In this document: positions 38,325-51,179 of the stretch, piece by piece | How the letters are laid out: the number at the start of each line of letters is the position of its first letter | How positions within the stretch are numbered: the stretch's first letter is position 1 | NCBI RefSeq assembly: GCF_006345805.1 | Contig: NC_043002.1 | Location: 55,676,001 to 55,740,000, forward strand | DNA length: 64,000 nt | DNA from: Octopus sinensis | Lineage: Eukaryota | Direction of reading: 5' to 3' | Program-made: the position numbers and the translations under genes | The notes under the pieces: generated by a model | What the model saw: the letters and a program-made list of their open reading frames with translations, nothing else | Databases searched by the model: none | What the model was told of the DNA's origin: nothing

Positions 38325-38585
38325 ATGCACCAGAAATCTTTATGGTATTAACCATAAAATAATGTGGGGTGATTATAAACAAGAAAAAAGCAACAAGAAT
38401 GGATTAGTTGTTCAGTACAATTGTTTCATACGAAGAGCAGATTTATTAAAAGCTGCAAATATTGCAGCAAATACAAGTTTCCCGTATTCATCAGCCAAAA
38501 CACATATGAGTTTTCCAAACATCCTAGGGGGTGAGGCTACACTCATGAAGTATCGAAGAGAGTTCTATGAAAGCAAAATTGGATT
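38325..38585 (+). other. Candidate orphan coding exon (261 nt, phase 2-2, open frame)
   Basis: cttaacttAG|...GGATT|GTAAGT brackets an 87-codon stop-free frame (CTRNLYGINHKIMWGDY...YRREFYESKIG). No homologue recognised; weak polypyrimidine tract. Confidence 0.35.
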
Positions 38586-38833
38586 GTAAGTAGACTTAAA
38601 ATGTTCTCTAATGATGCACAGTTTTATAAAAGGTTTTTAAAAAAGTTTGTTAGCTTCACAGAAAAGGTAAATCCATCCATAATAATGCAGGTGTAATTTC
38701 CGGAGATATGAGGAGAGATTTTAGTCTCAGAGGAGATGAATGTATCCATAATAATGTAGATGTAATTTCTTGATATATGAGGAGATGTTTATCACACTAC
38801 TATTGGTTTCACAAAACTACTATGCTGGAAACA

Positions 38834-38886
<53 letters not shown>

Positions 38887-39155
38887 TACTCGTTGATGTG
38901 CATTGTTTTGTTCTGTACTATTATGTTTGACTTGATGTTTCATATATAGTTGGTTAATAAATTATGCAATTGGTATTATCCGGTAGTTGATTATTGATTA
39001 AGGTGTATTTCTCCATTTTCTTATTTTGTATATATATATATATATATATATAAAATAAATATAAGAGAGTGGTCACTATATGGCTCACTCTAGCACCAGT
39101 TAATCCAATTCTCTCACCCTTATTAATTAATTATATATATATATATATATATATA

Positions 39156-39546
39156 CTAGCAGTATCGCCCGGCGTTGCTCGGGTTTGTTTCGACCCACTG
39201 GAATTGGAATTTTTGAAAAGTAGAAATTTTGCATTATGTAGCTTGTTATTCTCTTCAAGTGAACATTTTTCTGGTTGAAATACACCGAAAAGTGGCGACA
39301 CAGCAGTGAAAAAATCGTAAAATATAGGGATTTTCATAGAAAAAAGCACCTTTTTGATGTAAATAATTTTTGGTGTTAACATGGTCCGATTTGAATTTTA
39401 TCTTCTACGGAAGGAAGAGCAACCCTTCTTCTATCATACTCTCAATTTTGGTCAACTTGCGCCGCAGGGTCTCGGAGGAGATAGTGTTAGTTGAAGGCTA
39501 CCAAACCTGCCGCACACAGACAACTTCAGCTTCATATAGAGAGAGA
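39156..39546 (-). mobile_element. Non-autonomous Helitron
   Basis: Minus strand A|TCTCTC start and cccgagcaacgccgggcgatactgCTAG|T end. Confidence 0.8.
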
Positions 39547-39690
39547 TAACACACACACATTAATACACATACATACACACACACACTCACACACACATGT
39601 ATGTATGTATGGATGTATGTATGTATATATGTTCATCTGTCCACTTCTTGCCATATTTTATCCTTCACTTCCTACACACACACATACACA

Positions 39691-39735
<45 letters not shown>

Positions 39736-40223
39736 GCACACATACACACACACACCTTCTTAGCTTATAATTTCTTTCTTTCAACAATTGACAAGTGAAG
39801 TACGCTCGCCAATGAATACTACCAAAAGTTAACGACAGATCTCTGTTTCCTTTTTTTTTTTAGGATTGGTTTAAGCATTAATAAGAGAAAGTAGCAGAAT
39901 GTGTGATATTGAATAAGAGTTACAGAAAGAGGATATGATAGTGGTATACACTTGCAAAGAGAAAGTAGGAGAAAGTGTGGTAATAGCAGGAGTAAAGCAT
40001 TTGAAATGAGAGAGGCAAATCGTAAAATATTGAGTTTTTTCGAATTTTTGCTTAATTGGGGGTGAAATTGAAAAAAAATGTATATGCCATGATCCAATGG
40101 AATCTACTTCGAAAAATCATAGGTAAATTCCAATTGAAGAAATTCTTTATTGTACAATTGTATTAAAAACAAACTATGTGAGAGGCAGAGAAAATCTGCC
40201 TTTTATCATAAGAATAAGAGATA

Positions 40224-40288
<65 letters not shown>

Positions 40289-41584
40289 ATATATATATAA
40301 TATATATATATACACATACATACATACGTGTGTGTGTGTGTTATGCATATACATGTATAAGAAAACTATATTTAATGGAGACGCCAATGAATCCTAATAC
40401 AGACGGAAGGATATTAATTATTTACGCTGTCTCGCCAGATATGCCCCATCTTCTGTCTTCAACAACCTTGAAAATACATAACACGGGCAAATGTAATAAA
40501 AACGAACAGAGAGCAAAAGAGAGAGAGAGAGGCAGGGGGGGGAGAGAAAATGAAAGGCAGATAAATGTATGAGGGAGCGGTGCTTGTATGAGTTAGAGAA
40601 ATTGGGAGATAGAAAATATAAATAGCAAAAATAGGTGAACGAGAGAGAAAGGAGAGATTTAATCGGATTTCTGTAATCTCTATACGATGCTACAATGAAG
40701 CTAGATTTCTGGTAATCGCTGATGATGTTATTTACATTCAAATGCTTTCATTTTTTTTAATTTTTAATGTCTCTTTCAGTTCAAGGCGGCGAGCTGGCAG
40801 AAGCGTTAGCACGCCGGGCGAAATGCATTGCACCAAAAGTCTGGTATCACTGGTTGACATCATTAAGCTGCAGCCGGCATAACAGAATAGCAGCTTTTAT
40901 ATGCAGATTCAAAACGTTTCCCGCAAATAACTTGAAGGATATATATATATCTTCCACTCACACCTACTTCCTCCCACCCACCTCTCCCCTCTTGCTCCAA
41001 CCCCTACTTCTCTTCACTCCTACCATGCTTCTCTCTTCTCTTCACTCCTACCCACCTTCTCTCTTCCCCATCTCCCTTCATTGTCACCCTCCCCCGTAAC
41101 GCCATCCCTACACAATCCAACCCACCTTCCCTAGCCATCCCATCCCACCTCAACCCCATCCCTTGCACCCACTCCCACATACCCAACCTCTACCCCCCCA
41201 CCCTCAACCTAACCCACACGCCACCCTTGCTTTCCCCATTCTCACCTCCGCCACATCCCAACAACACCACACCATACACCACCCTACCACATAACACCAT
41301 ATCACATCACGCCACCACGCACACACTAGCACTGACCACTTCCCAGCCCCACATCCACAGACCTACACATGCACACATGCACACGTCCTGGTCACCAGCC
41401 CTCTTCCACACGTACATACATGCTCTCTTATATACACGCACGCGCACCTTCGTTTGGAGATCACCACTACTTTATTATCTCCTCTTCTTCCTAGATCTCC
41501 TGTGTGACCCCCTCTGTCCGGCATTCGCCATGATAGATCGCTAGCCACTACACATTCTTTATTTTTTCCTCTCCTTGTTTCTTG

Positions 41585-42135
41585 GATACACAAATGTATC
41601 CATATAACCTTCGAACAAGGGAGGTCGCGCTCCACACTACTTGATCGACAGCTTTATGATGGATACATTTTGTGTATCAAATAGCTAACTTAATGCGGAT
41701 GGCCCATGGAGCAATAAGCGGTACAGCTTATTCTTATTTTATATAAGAATGCCATATTAGTATGGCGATAACTATTAATTTCCAGGACGCTGCCATGTTC
41801 TCTTTTAGAGAGACTTAGTAATTTTAATATTTCTATTATTGAAAACAAGTGGATGTATTCCACGAAACTAGGTAATAAACCTTCGAACAGAGATAGTCGG
41901 AAGCGACACCTACTGGTCTGACTACGCTACATTGACAAGGGCAATACCCAGCGAACGCGTCTGTAGCTGTCGATCAATAGTTGGAGCGACTGACCTCCCT
42001 TGTTCGAAGGTTATATGGATACATTTTGTGTATCAAATAGCTAACTTAAGGCGATGGCCTCATGGAGCTAAAGCGTGACAGCTTTATCTTATTTTTATAA
42101 AATGAAGCCATATTAGTATGGCGATAACTATATTA
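41585..42135 (+). mobile_element. Family 3 retrozyme-like repeat: ~1.3 monomers (~356 bp) preceded by a short inverted piece
   Basis: Homologous to the 55121-56607 unit. ggatacattttgtgtatc at 41661 and 42017; ~41585-41655 is inverted relative to ~41960-42030. Confidence 0.8.
41926..41967 (+). ncRNA. U3:A8 hammerhead, degenerate at the GAAA strand
   Basis: GCTACA TTGACAA GGG CAATA CCC AGCGAA CGCG TC TGTAGC. Confidence 0.55.
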
Positions 42136-42171
42136 ATATATATATAATATATATATATCTATATATATATA

Positions 42172-42221
<50 letters not shown>

Positions 42222-43799
42222 ATATATATATATAATATATATATATATTGTGAAATAGAAAGATGAATAATCTTGTTGCAGATTAATCAAAAGTTAACCA
42301 ATACGTTCAACTCCATTTCTTTTCTTCAATTCACTAATTATATTATATATATATAATATAGATATATATATATATATCATAAAAATTCTGTAATTATGAG
42401 TATAATTATAATTAGGGTTCAGCAAAATTTGCTTCCCACACCACTTACGAAATTTAGAAATAGCAGTTAAAAACTACAATGCTACTACTATAAATCTCCC
42501 AGACAGCAATGCTCAACAACTCACGCAGATAAAGAGAAAAAATAACGAATCTACTCGGCTCTGATTACGCGTTTCGGAGTTAGAGAGATGGGAAAAATGT
42601 AAAATCATATTTCTACTCACTCACTCTCCTCACATTAGTACAGTATTTCAATTTTTAAATTTGAGAGCACTGATAATTAACATACGTATTTGACCAAGCG
42701 AAATTCTCGTCATATCGATGCCCGCCACCCTTGGTAAGATCCAAAAATTCGACACCGCGTGCTTCTTCAACACAAAGCTCGCGTTAATTTGGCCAAAAAT
42801 GCTATTTAAAAGCTCAGTTAAGAAATTCTACTGCATCCACCTTATTCTCCTGATATGGCGCTTTCAGTCGCTCTTCGAATCAAACTCGGTGATTAAGAGA
42901 TTAACAAGCGAGTGGAACATTGACAAGAAGCCATGAACAATGAAAGAATATATTGTTGACTGATTTGTTAAAATTGTTGATGAAAAATAGGAATTAAAAT
43001 AAATGGAAGAATAAAACAAACAAATTCATCTGACAACCCAATACACAATTAAAATTTTTATTTGTTCGACACACATGATTCATTCTATAGCGCTATTTTC
43101 ATTCTGTACGCAATTTTCTAGACGGCTAAAAGGATTGTTCACACCGAGAAAAACCACCTTCGAAGTTTCATACCTCATAGAAAAGAAGAGAGCTCGATTT
43201 GGGGGTTTTTTTTCTTTCTTTTCATTATCTAAATATTTCTGCATTTTATGAAACTAAGATCACAGTTCTGAAAAAATAAATTCTCCAAAACTAAAAACAA
43301 ACTTCTAAATTTTAGCATTTTTTACAGCCTCCCTATACACACACACACACACACACTCATACACACGCGCGCGCATACACACACTCACTCGCTCGCACAC
43401 ACTTCCATATCATTTTCCTTTCCTGTCTGGTATGAGACTTCGAGAATAGCCATTCGAAAATACCGTCGGAAAATCTGAATGGCAACAGAGGGAAGGACAT
43501 GATTCCAACGGAAATAACTGGTTGGTGGAAAAGGGGGAAAAGAAAGTGTGTGTGTGTATGAGAGAGAGAGAGAGAGAGAAGGAGAGTGTGTGTGAGAAAA
43601 AGAGAGAGTACGAGAATGTGAGAGAGAAAAAGAGGTGTCTGTGATAAAAAAAAAAGAGAGAGTGAAGAGGGAGTATGTGAGAGAGAGACAAACAGACAGA
43701 CAGAGAGGTGTGTTTGTGTGTATGAAAGAGAAATAGTGTATGTGTATGTATCTAATATGTACGTGCATGTGACTGCACGTGCAATTTGAATAGACAGAC

Positions 43800-43907
<108 letters not shown>

Positions 43908-44423
43908 CCTTCGTTATTGCCTATGTGGATTTTCACAACTTCTCAAGAATCAAATGTTTCAGAAAAATATACAATTTCATCATACAATTTTCCAAATAAC
44001 CGTGGTATTTCCACCGGTACTGCAAGTCAACAATGGTTCTATTGAGATTGAATTAACTTCGCCACGATGAATGGCGGAGTGGATCTTAGTAAAATTTGAA
44101 CTCGTAACTCTTCAAATTTTACTATATTACAGCTTAACATTCTACCCAGTTTTCCACCGTTTTAATAAAACTAATATAAATAAAATATACAACAGTGTTC
44201 ACAAATTTCTTTACATTTACATAATAATCAAGGGAGATCGTTGTAATTTGCTTGAAACATTGTTATAAAGAAGTAAAATAACAAAATAATGAAGACAAAA
44301 AGCAATCTTCACAGATATGTTATTTTTCTAATAAATAAGAGATATTTTAAAGCTAAAACTACAAAACGAAAAGACAAATACGAAACTAATGTGATAGAAA
44401 TATCGTTTAACACCTGTTCAAAG

Positions 44424-44477
44424 GAGCAGACGACAAATGTGTCGTCTGCTCTTCACTGAAACCTCCATTCAGACAAG
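44424..44477 (+). promoter_or_regulatory. Candidate non-coding first exon (3' part) of MEIOB with a perfect 12-bp hairpin
   Basis: GAGCAGACGACA-AATG-TGTCGTCTGCTC (44424-44451), then a consensus donor CAAG|GTAAGA at 44478, 2.1 kb upstream of the acceptor at 46562. Confidence 0.4.
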
Positions 44478-45812
44478 GTAAGATGGACACAAACATTTTT
44501 CTCTCGTCTTTTTGCACAAATAACTATGGTTATTTATTAATTTCAGAAACATTTCTTTAAATTTCATACAATTGAAGAAACCGCGATGATATAAAACATT
44601 ATATTTTATGTTTTAAAACATTATTTCGTTGCGGCGATGATGTTTTTGTTCATAATCGATACACACGATTTTCTCAGTTATTTTAAAAAGCTTCATCAAA
44701 CTTAAGAAAGACAAAAGGCATAATTAAGTCGATGATATCTTTTACAAAATAATTAAAGAAGGTTAAAAACAAAACGTTTTTGCTTTTTAAGAAAACGAAT
44801 GGTAGAAAAGTTTTTGTGTTAGTTTAATTTTCTTCATATAATAGCTTTTCTCTGACTACATATATTTGTATAAATCTACAACGAGTTTAGAGTGTATGTG
44901 TATATATGTCTATATATGTGAATATGTAAAAGGTGTTCAAAAAGTCACAGTGCAGTTGTATGTGTGTGTGTGTATGTGTGTTTGCGTGCGTTTGTATTTG
45001 TATATGTATGTGTATATATTTATATCTATATCTTTTACTTGTTTCGGACATTTGACAGTGGCCATCGACTCCAGTACATATTTTTAAAAATCTAGTACTT
45101 ATTCTATCGATCTCTTGTGCCAAATCGAGATATATATATTATCTTATATGTATTAAATTTTAATGTATATATGTATATTATTATGGTTCTCATTTTGTTA
45201 AATAAATAAATAAGTCAACATTCTAATATCTTAAAGCTGATAAACCAACTAAATTGTTTCTCCATTTTCTTATTTGTATCATAAATTAATGGTAAAATAT
45301 TTCTTTACCTTCGCCCATTTAATACAATAAGTAAGTTAATTGCATTGCAATTAAAAACACTTGTGTATTAATAATTTGGGTATTATACCAACAGTATATT
45401 AGATAAGTATTATTCCTTAGTAGGTTGGATCCACAACCCCTAACTTACTTGATGGTATATATATATATATAATTGATTAATATTATCTTCTTTCCCCACA
45501 GACTAATAACAGGTAAGGTATATATATATTTTTTAAATATGTTTAAATAATTTATAATTAATTCTTATTTATAATTAATTTATTCTTATTGTATGTTATA
45601 GTCGGCTTTAAAATGCTTATATTATTAGATTAGTATTTTGGATATAATTTTCTATGTGTACTCCAGTAAATAAGGTTGTCCTGAAATTGAAGCTGTGGTC
45701 CTGTTGGTAAAATCCCAAATTTGTAATAATAATAATAATAATAATTATTATTTATATATATATATATATATATATATTGATGTGGGTGTACGATGGGCTG
45801 CTTCATTTACTT

Positions 45813-45945
45813 TCCATCTACCAAATCCACTCAATTTACTTTCCATCTACCAAATCCACTTCATTTACTTTCCATCTACCAAATCCACTCAAAACATTCA
45901 AACAGCTATAGTAGAAGGCACTTGACGCTATAGTAGAAGGCACTT
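45813..45945. repeat. Local tandem duplications inside a SINE (3x ~29 bp tttactttccatctaccaaatccact; 2x 22 bp gctatagtagaaggcacttgac)
   Basis: Directly visible. Confidence 0.85.
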
Positions 45946-46580
45946 GACCAAGGTGTCACACAGCGGGACTGAACCCAGAACCAAGTGGTTGAGAAGCAAA
46001 CTTCTTACCACACTGCCACACACACACACACACACACATAAAACAGAGAGAGGGAGAGACCTTCTGCACAGCTTTTGTTTCCCAAGATATTGACTAATGT
46101 GATGTTATAAAAAGAGAGACTTGCTCAAGGGTCCATGCAGTGAGATCAACCCTAGAACCATGTGGCTGCAAGACAACTTTCTTAACCACATGACAATACC
46201 CACATTTTTACAAATTGCTGCCCTCAAACCAATTAAAGACATCATTATTTCCTAATTATTCTTTTATAAAAAATATGGATTTCAAGTTTTAGCACAATGC
46301 CAACAATTTTGAGAGGGGAGATATGTCAATTACATCAACCCCAGCATTCAACTGGTACTTATTTTATCAACCCCAAAAGGATGAAAGGCAAAGATGACCC
46401 CAGCTGAATTTGAACTCAGAACATGAGGACGGACAAAGTGACAATAAGCATTTTGTCCGGCATGCTAATGATTCTGCCAGCTCACTGCATTATTCTTTCA
46501 CAAGAATACTAATTAGTTTTTTTTATTAATTGATTTATATTCTATATTCCATTTATTTTCAGGAGACAAGTGAAGTAAAA

Positions 46581-46742
46581 ATGTGGGCAGGACGATTTAA
46601 TGATATGGTTCCACAAGACAATATGAAAAATACAAGTTTTCAACAAAAAAATAGGAATTATCACCAAAATGACTTGGCTGTGAAGGAAACGAAACAACCC
46701 TTATCAGTGATCCAGAGTTTACAGCCAGGTTTTACCACAAAT
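46581..46742 (+). CDS. MEIOB: MEIOB coding exon 1 (exon starts 46563; ATG 46581)
   Basis: Acceptor ttccatttattttcAG; AAAATG context; MWAGRFND...LSVIQSLQPGFTTN. The phase-0 donor GTAAAC is weak, so the 3' end is less certain. Confidence 0.65.
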
Positions 46743-47701
46743 GTAAACAGACGTTTATCAGCATTAAGAGCAGTAGTTTTTGACCCATTTTTGCATATGG
46801 ACTCCTTTCATTCCTACTTTACTCTACTGGGTCCCCATAGCCATTCAATGGATATGAAGAAAAATCCCTCTGTTTTTATAATTAAATCATCATCATCATC
46901 ATCGTTTAACATCTACTTTCCATGCTAGCATGGGTTGGACTATTTGACTGAGGACTGGAAAACCAGATGGCTGCACCAGGCTCCAATCTTGATCTGGCAG
47001 AGTTTCTACAGTTGGATGCCCTTCCTAACGCCAACCACTCCGAGAGTGTAGTGGGTGTTTTTATGTGCCACCGACACGAGGGCCAGTCAGGCAGTACTGG
47101 CAACAGCCATGCTCAAATGGTATTTTTTTACATGCCACCTGCACAGTAGCCAGTCCGGTGGCACTGGCATCGACCTCACTCAAATGTTTGTTCATGTGCC
47201 ACCGGCACAAGTGCCATTAAGGCGACACTGGTAAAAATCATGCTCAAATGGTGCTTTTTACGTGCCACTGGCACAGAAGCCAGTTAGCTGCTCTGGCAAC
47301 GATCACGCTCGGATGGTGCTCTTAGCACTCCACTAGCATGGATGCTAGTCATCGAATTTGATTTCACTTTTCGATTTCACTTGCCTCAACAGGTCTTCGC
47401 AAGCAGAGTTTAGTGTCCAATGAAGGAAAGGTATGCATAAGTGGGCTGGTTACACCCCTAGCATAGGCCACAAGTTATGGTCTCACTTGGCTTGCCGGTA
47501 GGAATTATTCTTTTACTCTTTTCAGTCATTTGGCTGCAGCTGTGCTGGAGCACTGCCTTTAGTTGAACAAATCAACCCTAGAACTTATTCTTTGTAAGCC
47601 TAGCACTTATTCTATCAATCTCTAAAGCCAAACTGCTAAATTACCGGGAATGTGAACACACCAACATTGGTTGTCAAGTGATGGTGGGAGGAAAAACACA
47701 A

Positions 47702-47788
<87 letters not shown>

Positions 47789-49689
47789 AGCTTCTTTCAG
47801 TTTCCGTCTACCAAATCCACTCGCAAGGCTTTGGTTGGCCCAAGGCTATAGAAGAAGACACTTGCCCAAGGTGCCATGCAGTGGAACTGAACCCAGAACA
47901 ATGTGGTTGGGAAGCAAGCTTCTTACCACATTGTATAACAAAATAAAAATATTTTGTGTATTTTAGAAACATAAGCAATTTATTGCAGATAAATTTTAAC
48001 AACTAAATCTTATATGGACCCCCAAGGACCATATGGACCCCAGTTGAGCAAAGTAAAAGGAAATTTAGAAATGTGGGAAGGAATTTTAAAAGTTAGGTAG
48101 CTCTTTAAAAATGTCTCCAACATTCATCGTAAACTTCCCTAGATAGAGAGTTTTACATATAGATGTGTGTGTGTATTGTGTGTGTGTGTGTGTGTGTGTG
48201 TGTGATCATCATCATTATCTGATGCTCATTTTACAGTTTTCTATACTGACATCAGGGTCAACTCAAGGTACTGGCAACTCAGGCAGTCACCCAGGGTGCC
48301 ATGTAGTTTTTAGTCTACATTTTCAGTTTTTTCTCCTTGCAAACGTTTTAAAAAATTATACTTGTGAAAGCACCAGTTCAGCTTGCCCAGCACACCAGCA
48401 ACCCAATGGTCGGCCCTGACTGACATTTGTTGGATAGTTCAAAAAGATATAGTCAGAGGACCACATCATCTTCCACTGTCTGCTTTGGCTTGGTTTCTAT
48501 GGCTTGATGCCCTTCCTAAAGCTAACCATTTTACAGAGTGTGCTGGGTGCATTTTTCATGGCCCCTATAACTGAAGAACAACAGAACAGAGGATGCAATA
48601 ATTTTAGGTAGGCGTGAGGTGATGAGAGATGGTGAAGTATGATGAAAAGAATAGATTTGTAGTTTGTGAGGAGAGTATAGCAAAGAGAGAGTAACACAGT
48701 AGACCCTATTAGAGGAGAGAGTGTGTGGAAAGGGACAGGGGAAAGGGAAGGGATTGGTGTCAGGGTTAGAGAAAAATGGAGGCATAGAGGGATAAGTGTG
48801 ACAAGGTGGTTTGTGTGAAGTGGATCCAGAGTTATCCCACATTAAAAGGTCAAGTATGAGCAGAAGGTGTGAGAGAAAGGGAGCATAAAAGAGATAAATA
48901 GATGAGGGTGGCAAGGAATCTGGAGAGTCATCAAAAGAGGTGTTGTAGTCATGGTAGGGTAAGCCAGCGAGGAGGAGGAGATGAGGGGGTGTTGCAGAGG
49001 AAGAGAAACTGGTAGAGAAGACAGTGAGATAAAACAGGGCTAAGATGGGGGTATTGAGTGAATGCAGTAAGAAGAGTGGGGGAAAGAGGGGCTGAGAGGT
49101 AGGGTAAGAGGAAAGAGATATGTATGAATGGCAAGAAAGCATCTCAGGTGAGGAGGCTGTGGAGAAAGGATGGTGAGAGAAAGGTAAGGGGAGCAGAGAG
49201 AGAAAAACAGCTGATAGGCACCCTTGAGGTGGTGGCAGAGAGAGAGTGGGGGAGAGAGAGAGAGAGAGAACATAGTAAGAGAGCAGTGGGATAAAGAGCC
49301 AGGGGGGGGGATACTTTATATGTTTATATATTATCTTTTGCTTTGCTTGAAATATCAAGTGAAATCTTATTTGGTTTCACACAATCCAGGTTTAATTGGT
49401 AAAACCATGTTCACATACCCATTACCTTTTATGGTGATATGGTTAATTTCTTGTAGCTGTCCTTTCATTTTTATGGCAATATAACTGGTCTGTGATTCTA
49501 AACTGGGGGATTTGAGCAAGATGGTTTGAAACTCAGTAAAGCCTCACCATATGTTCAAATACTTATTTGTGTAAACAATGTACAGTATTTAAAACAACTC
49601 ATCCTTTCTCTGTGTGTGTGTGTGTGTGTTAAAGGGGACAACAAACGTTTTCTAATAATAATAATGTATATGAGTTGAGATGTTTGCCT

Positions 49690-49822
49690 TGCCTTAACGT
49701 TTGTTGTCCTCTTTAACAATTATATATCCGCTGCATCGGAAATCTGCATATATATATACAAATCTCAGATTTCCGATGCAGCGGATATATAATTGTTAAA
49801 GAGGACAACAAACGTTAAGGCA
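49690..49822. repeat. Perfect 57-bp inverted repeat with a 19-nt loop in MEIOB intron 1
   Basis: 49690-49746 is the exact reverse complement of 49766-49822. Confidence 0.9.
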
Positions 49823-50157
49823 TAGAGAGCATGCGAGAGAGACAGAAAGAGAGAGAGAGACTTGTTTGTGTGTGTGCATGCATATGTATGTATAATGATA
49901 AAATAAAATAAATGCGCCCTTTTAAAGCCTAACCAGGCTCATGGGCCCGGTTTCTATGGCGTATGTGTTCCCCAGCTGGACGGGACGCCAATCCATCGCA
50001 GTGTTACTCATTTTTGCCAGCTGAGTGGACTGGAGCAACGTGAAATGAAGTGTTTTGCTCAAGAACACAACACGTTGCCCGGTCCAGGAATTGAAACCAC
50101 AATCTTACGATCATGATGCTGACACTCTAACCAGTAAGCCACGCGCCTCCACATATG

Positions 50158-50159
<2 letters not shown>

Positions 50160-50215
<56 letters not shown>

Positions 50216-50232
50216 TAATAATAATAATAATA

Positions 50233-50277
<45 letters not shown>

Positions 50278-50297
50278 TAATAATAATAATAATAATA
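50160..50297. repeat. (AAT)n microsatellite ~30 nt upstream of MEIOB exon 2
   Basis: Directly visible. Confidence 0.95.
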
Positions 50298-50327
50298 TAT
50301 TTACATGTAAATGTATTTCTTGAACAG

Positions 50328-50382
50328 CTTATTGGAGTTGTCCTGAAAAAGGAATCACCAAGGTGTGTTATAAGCAAAAAGA
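50328..50382 (+). CDS. MEIOB: MEIOB coding exon 2 (55 nt, phase 0-1)
   Basis: ttcttgaacAG|LIGVVLKKESPRCVISKK|GTGAGT; compare human VIGIVIGKTDVKGFPDRK (recalled). Confidence 0.85.
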
Positions 50383-50795
50383 GTGAGTATAGTTATTTTT
50401 ATATCTAACAACCATGATATGATTTAGATTGTAAAGAAATGAAATCGAGTCTGTTTGAAATATATAACAATATATTAAATATTTATCAATATATTAAGCA
50501 TTTAAGTATATAAATGAGGAAAATATATAAAATTATTGATATTTTGATGTATATTAATTTACTGCTAAAGATCTACCTATAACAGTGTCAGTAGACAATG
50601 CCAGTAACTTGAGCCTTTGCTCAAGTACCACTCACTGGGAAATACCACATCATGTGTTTGAGATCTGCAAAGAGATATGTGTGCTTAGCAATCACATGTG
50701 AATGAGTATGAGCTGGTAGATAATGCCATACTCACTAATTGTTTCAAGTGGCTGTGTAGCCATGAGCAGGCATAGACAATAGACACACACACACA

Positions 50796-50846
<51 letters not shown>

Positions 50847-51179
50847 TCTCAGCCTTCCCATCCTTGATCCACAGGAACATCTAGGATATGTCAGCAGGAG
50901 AAAGGCTTACCTCCATTAGACTGCCAGTACTGATTTTTAACCACATAGACTGAAGCAGCATGAAATGAAATTAAATGCCCTGCTCAAGGACACAATAAAC
51001 TGCCCAGTTCAGGAGTAAATCTTGTGACCTTATGATCATAAAGCCAACCCCTTAAACTTTAGACCACACACCTTCCCTTTCAAAAATTACCAAGAGGTAA
51101 AATGTGAAAATAGTAGATAAAATAACACTTTATGCCTAGATTTAATTGATTGCAGTTAACATTTTATATTCACATTTAC

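Noticed and set aside
42560-42600. Minus-strand GAAACGCGTA resembling a hammerhead 3' half
   Set aside because: No CUGANGA-like segment or stem II upstream.
42680-42940. Protein-like minus-strand stretch (VEEARGVEFLDLTKGG)
   Set aside because: Several in-frame stops; the faint resemblance to a retroelement RT (FLD motif) is too weak to call.
48531-49358. 275-aa minus-strand ORF
   Set aside because: Low-complexity S/P/L/F sequence from a purine-rich decayed repeat in a MEIOB intron; no domain motifs.
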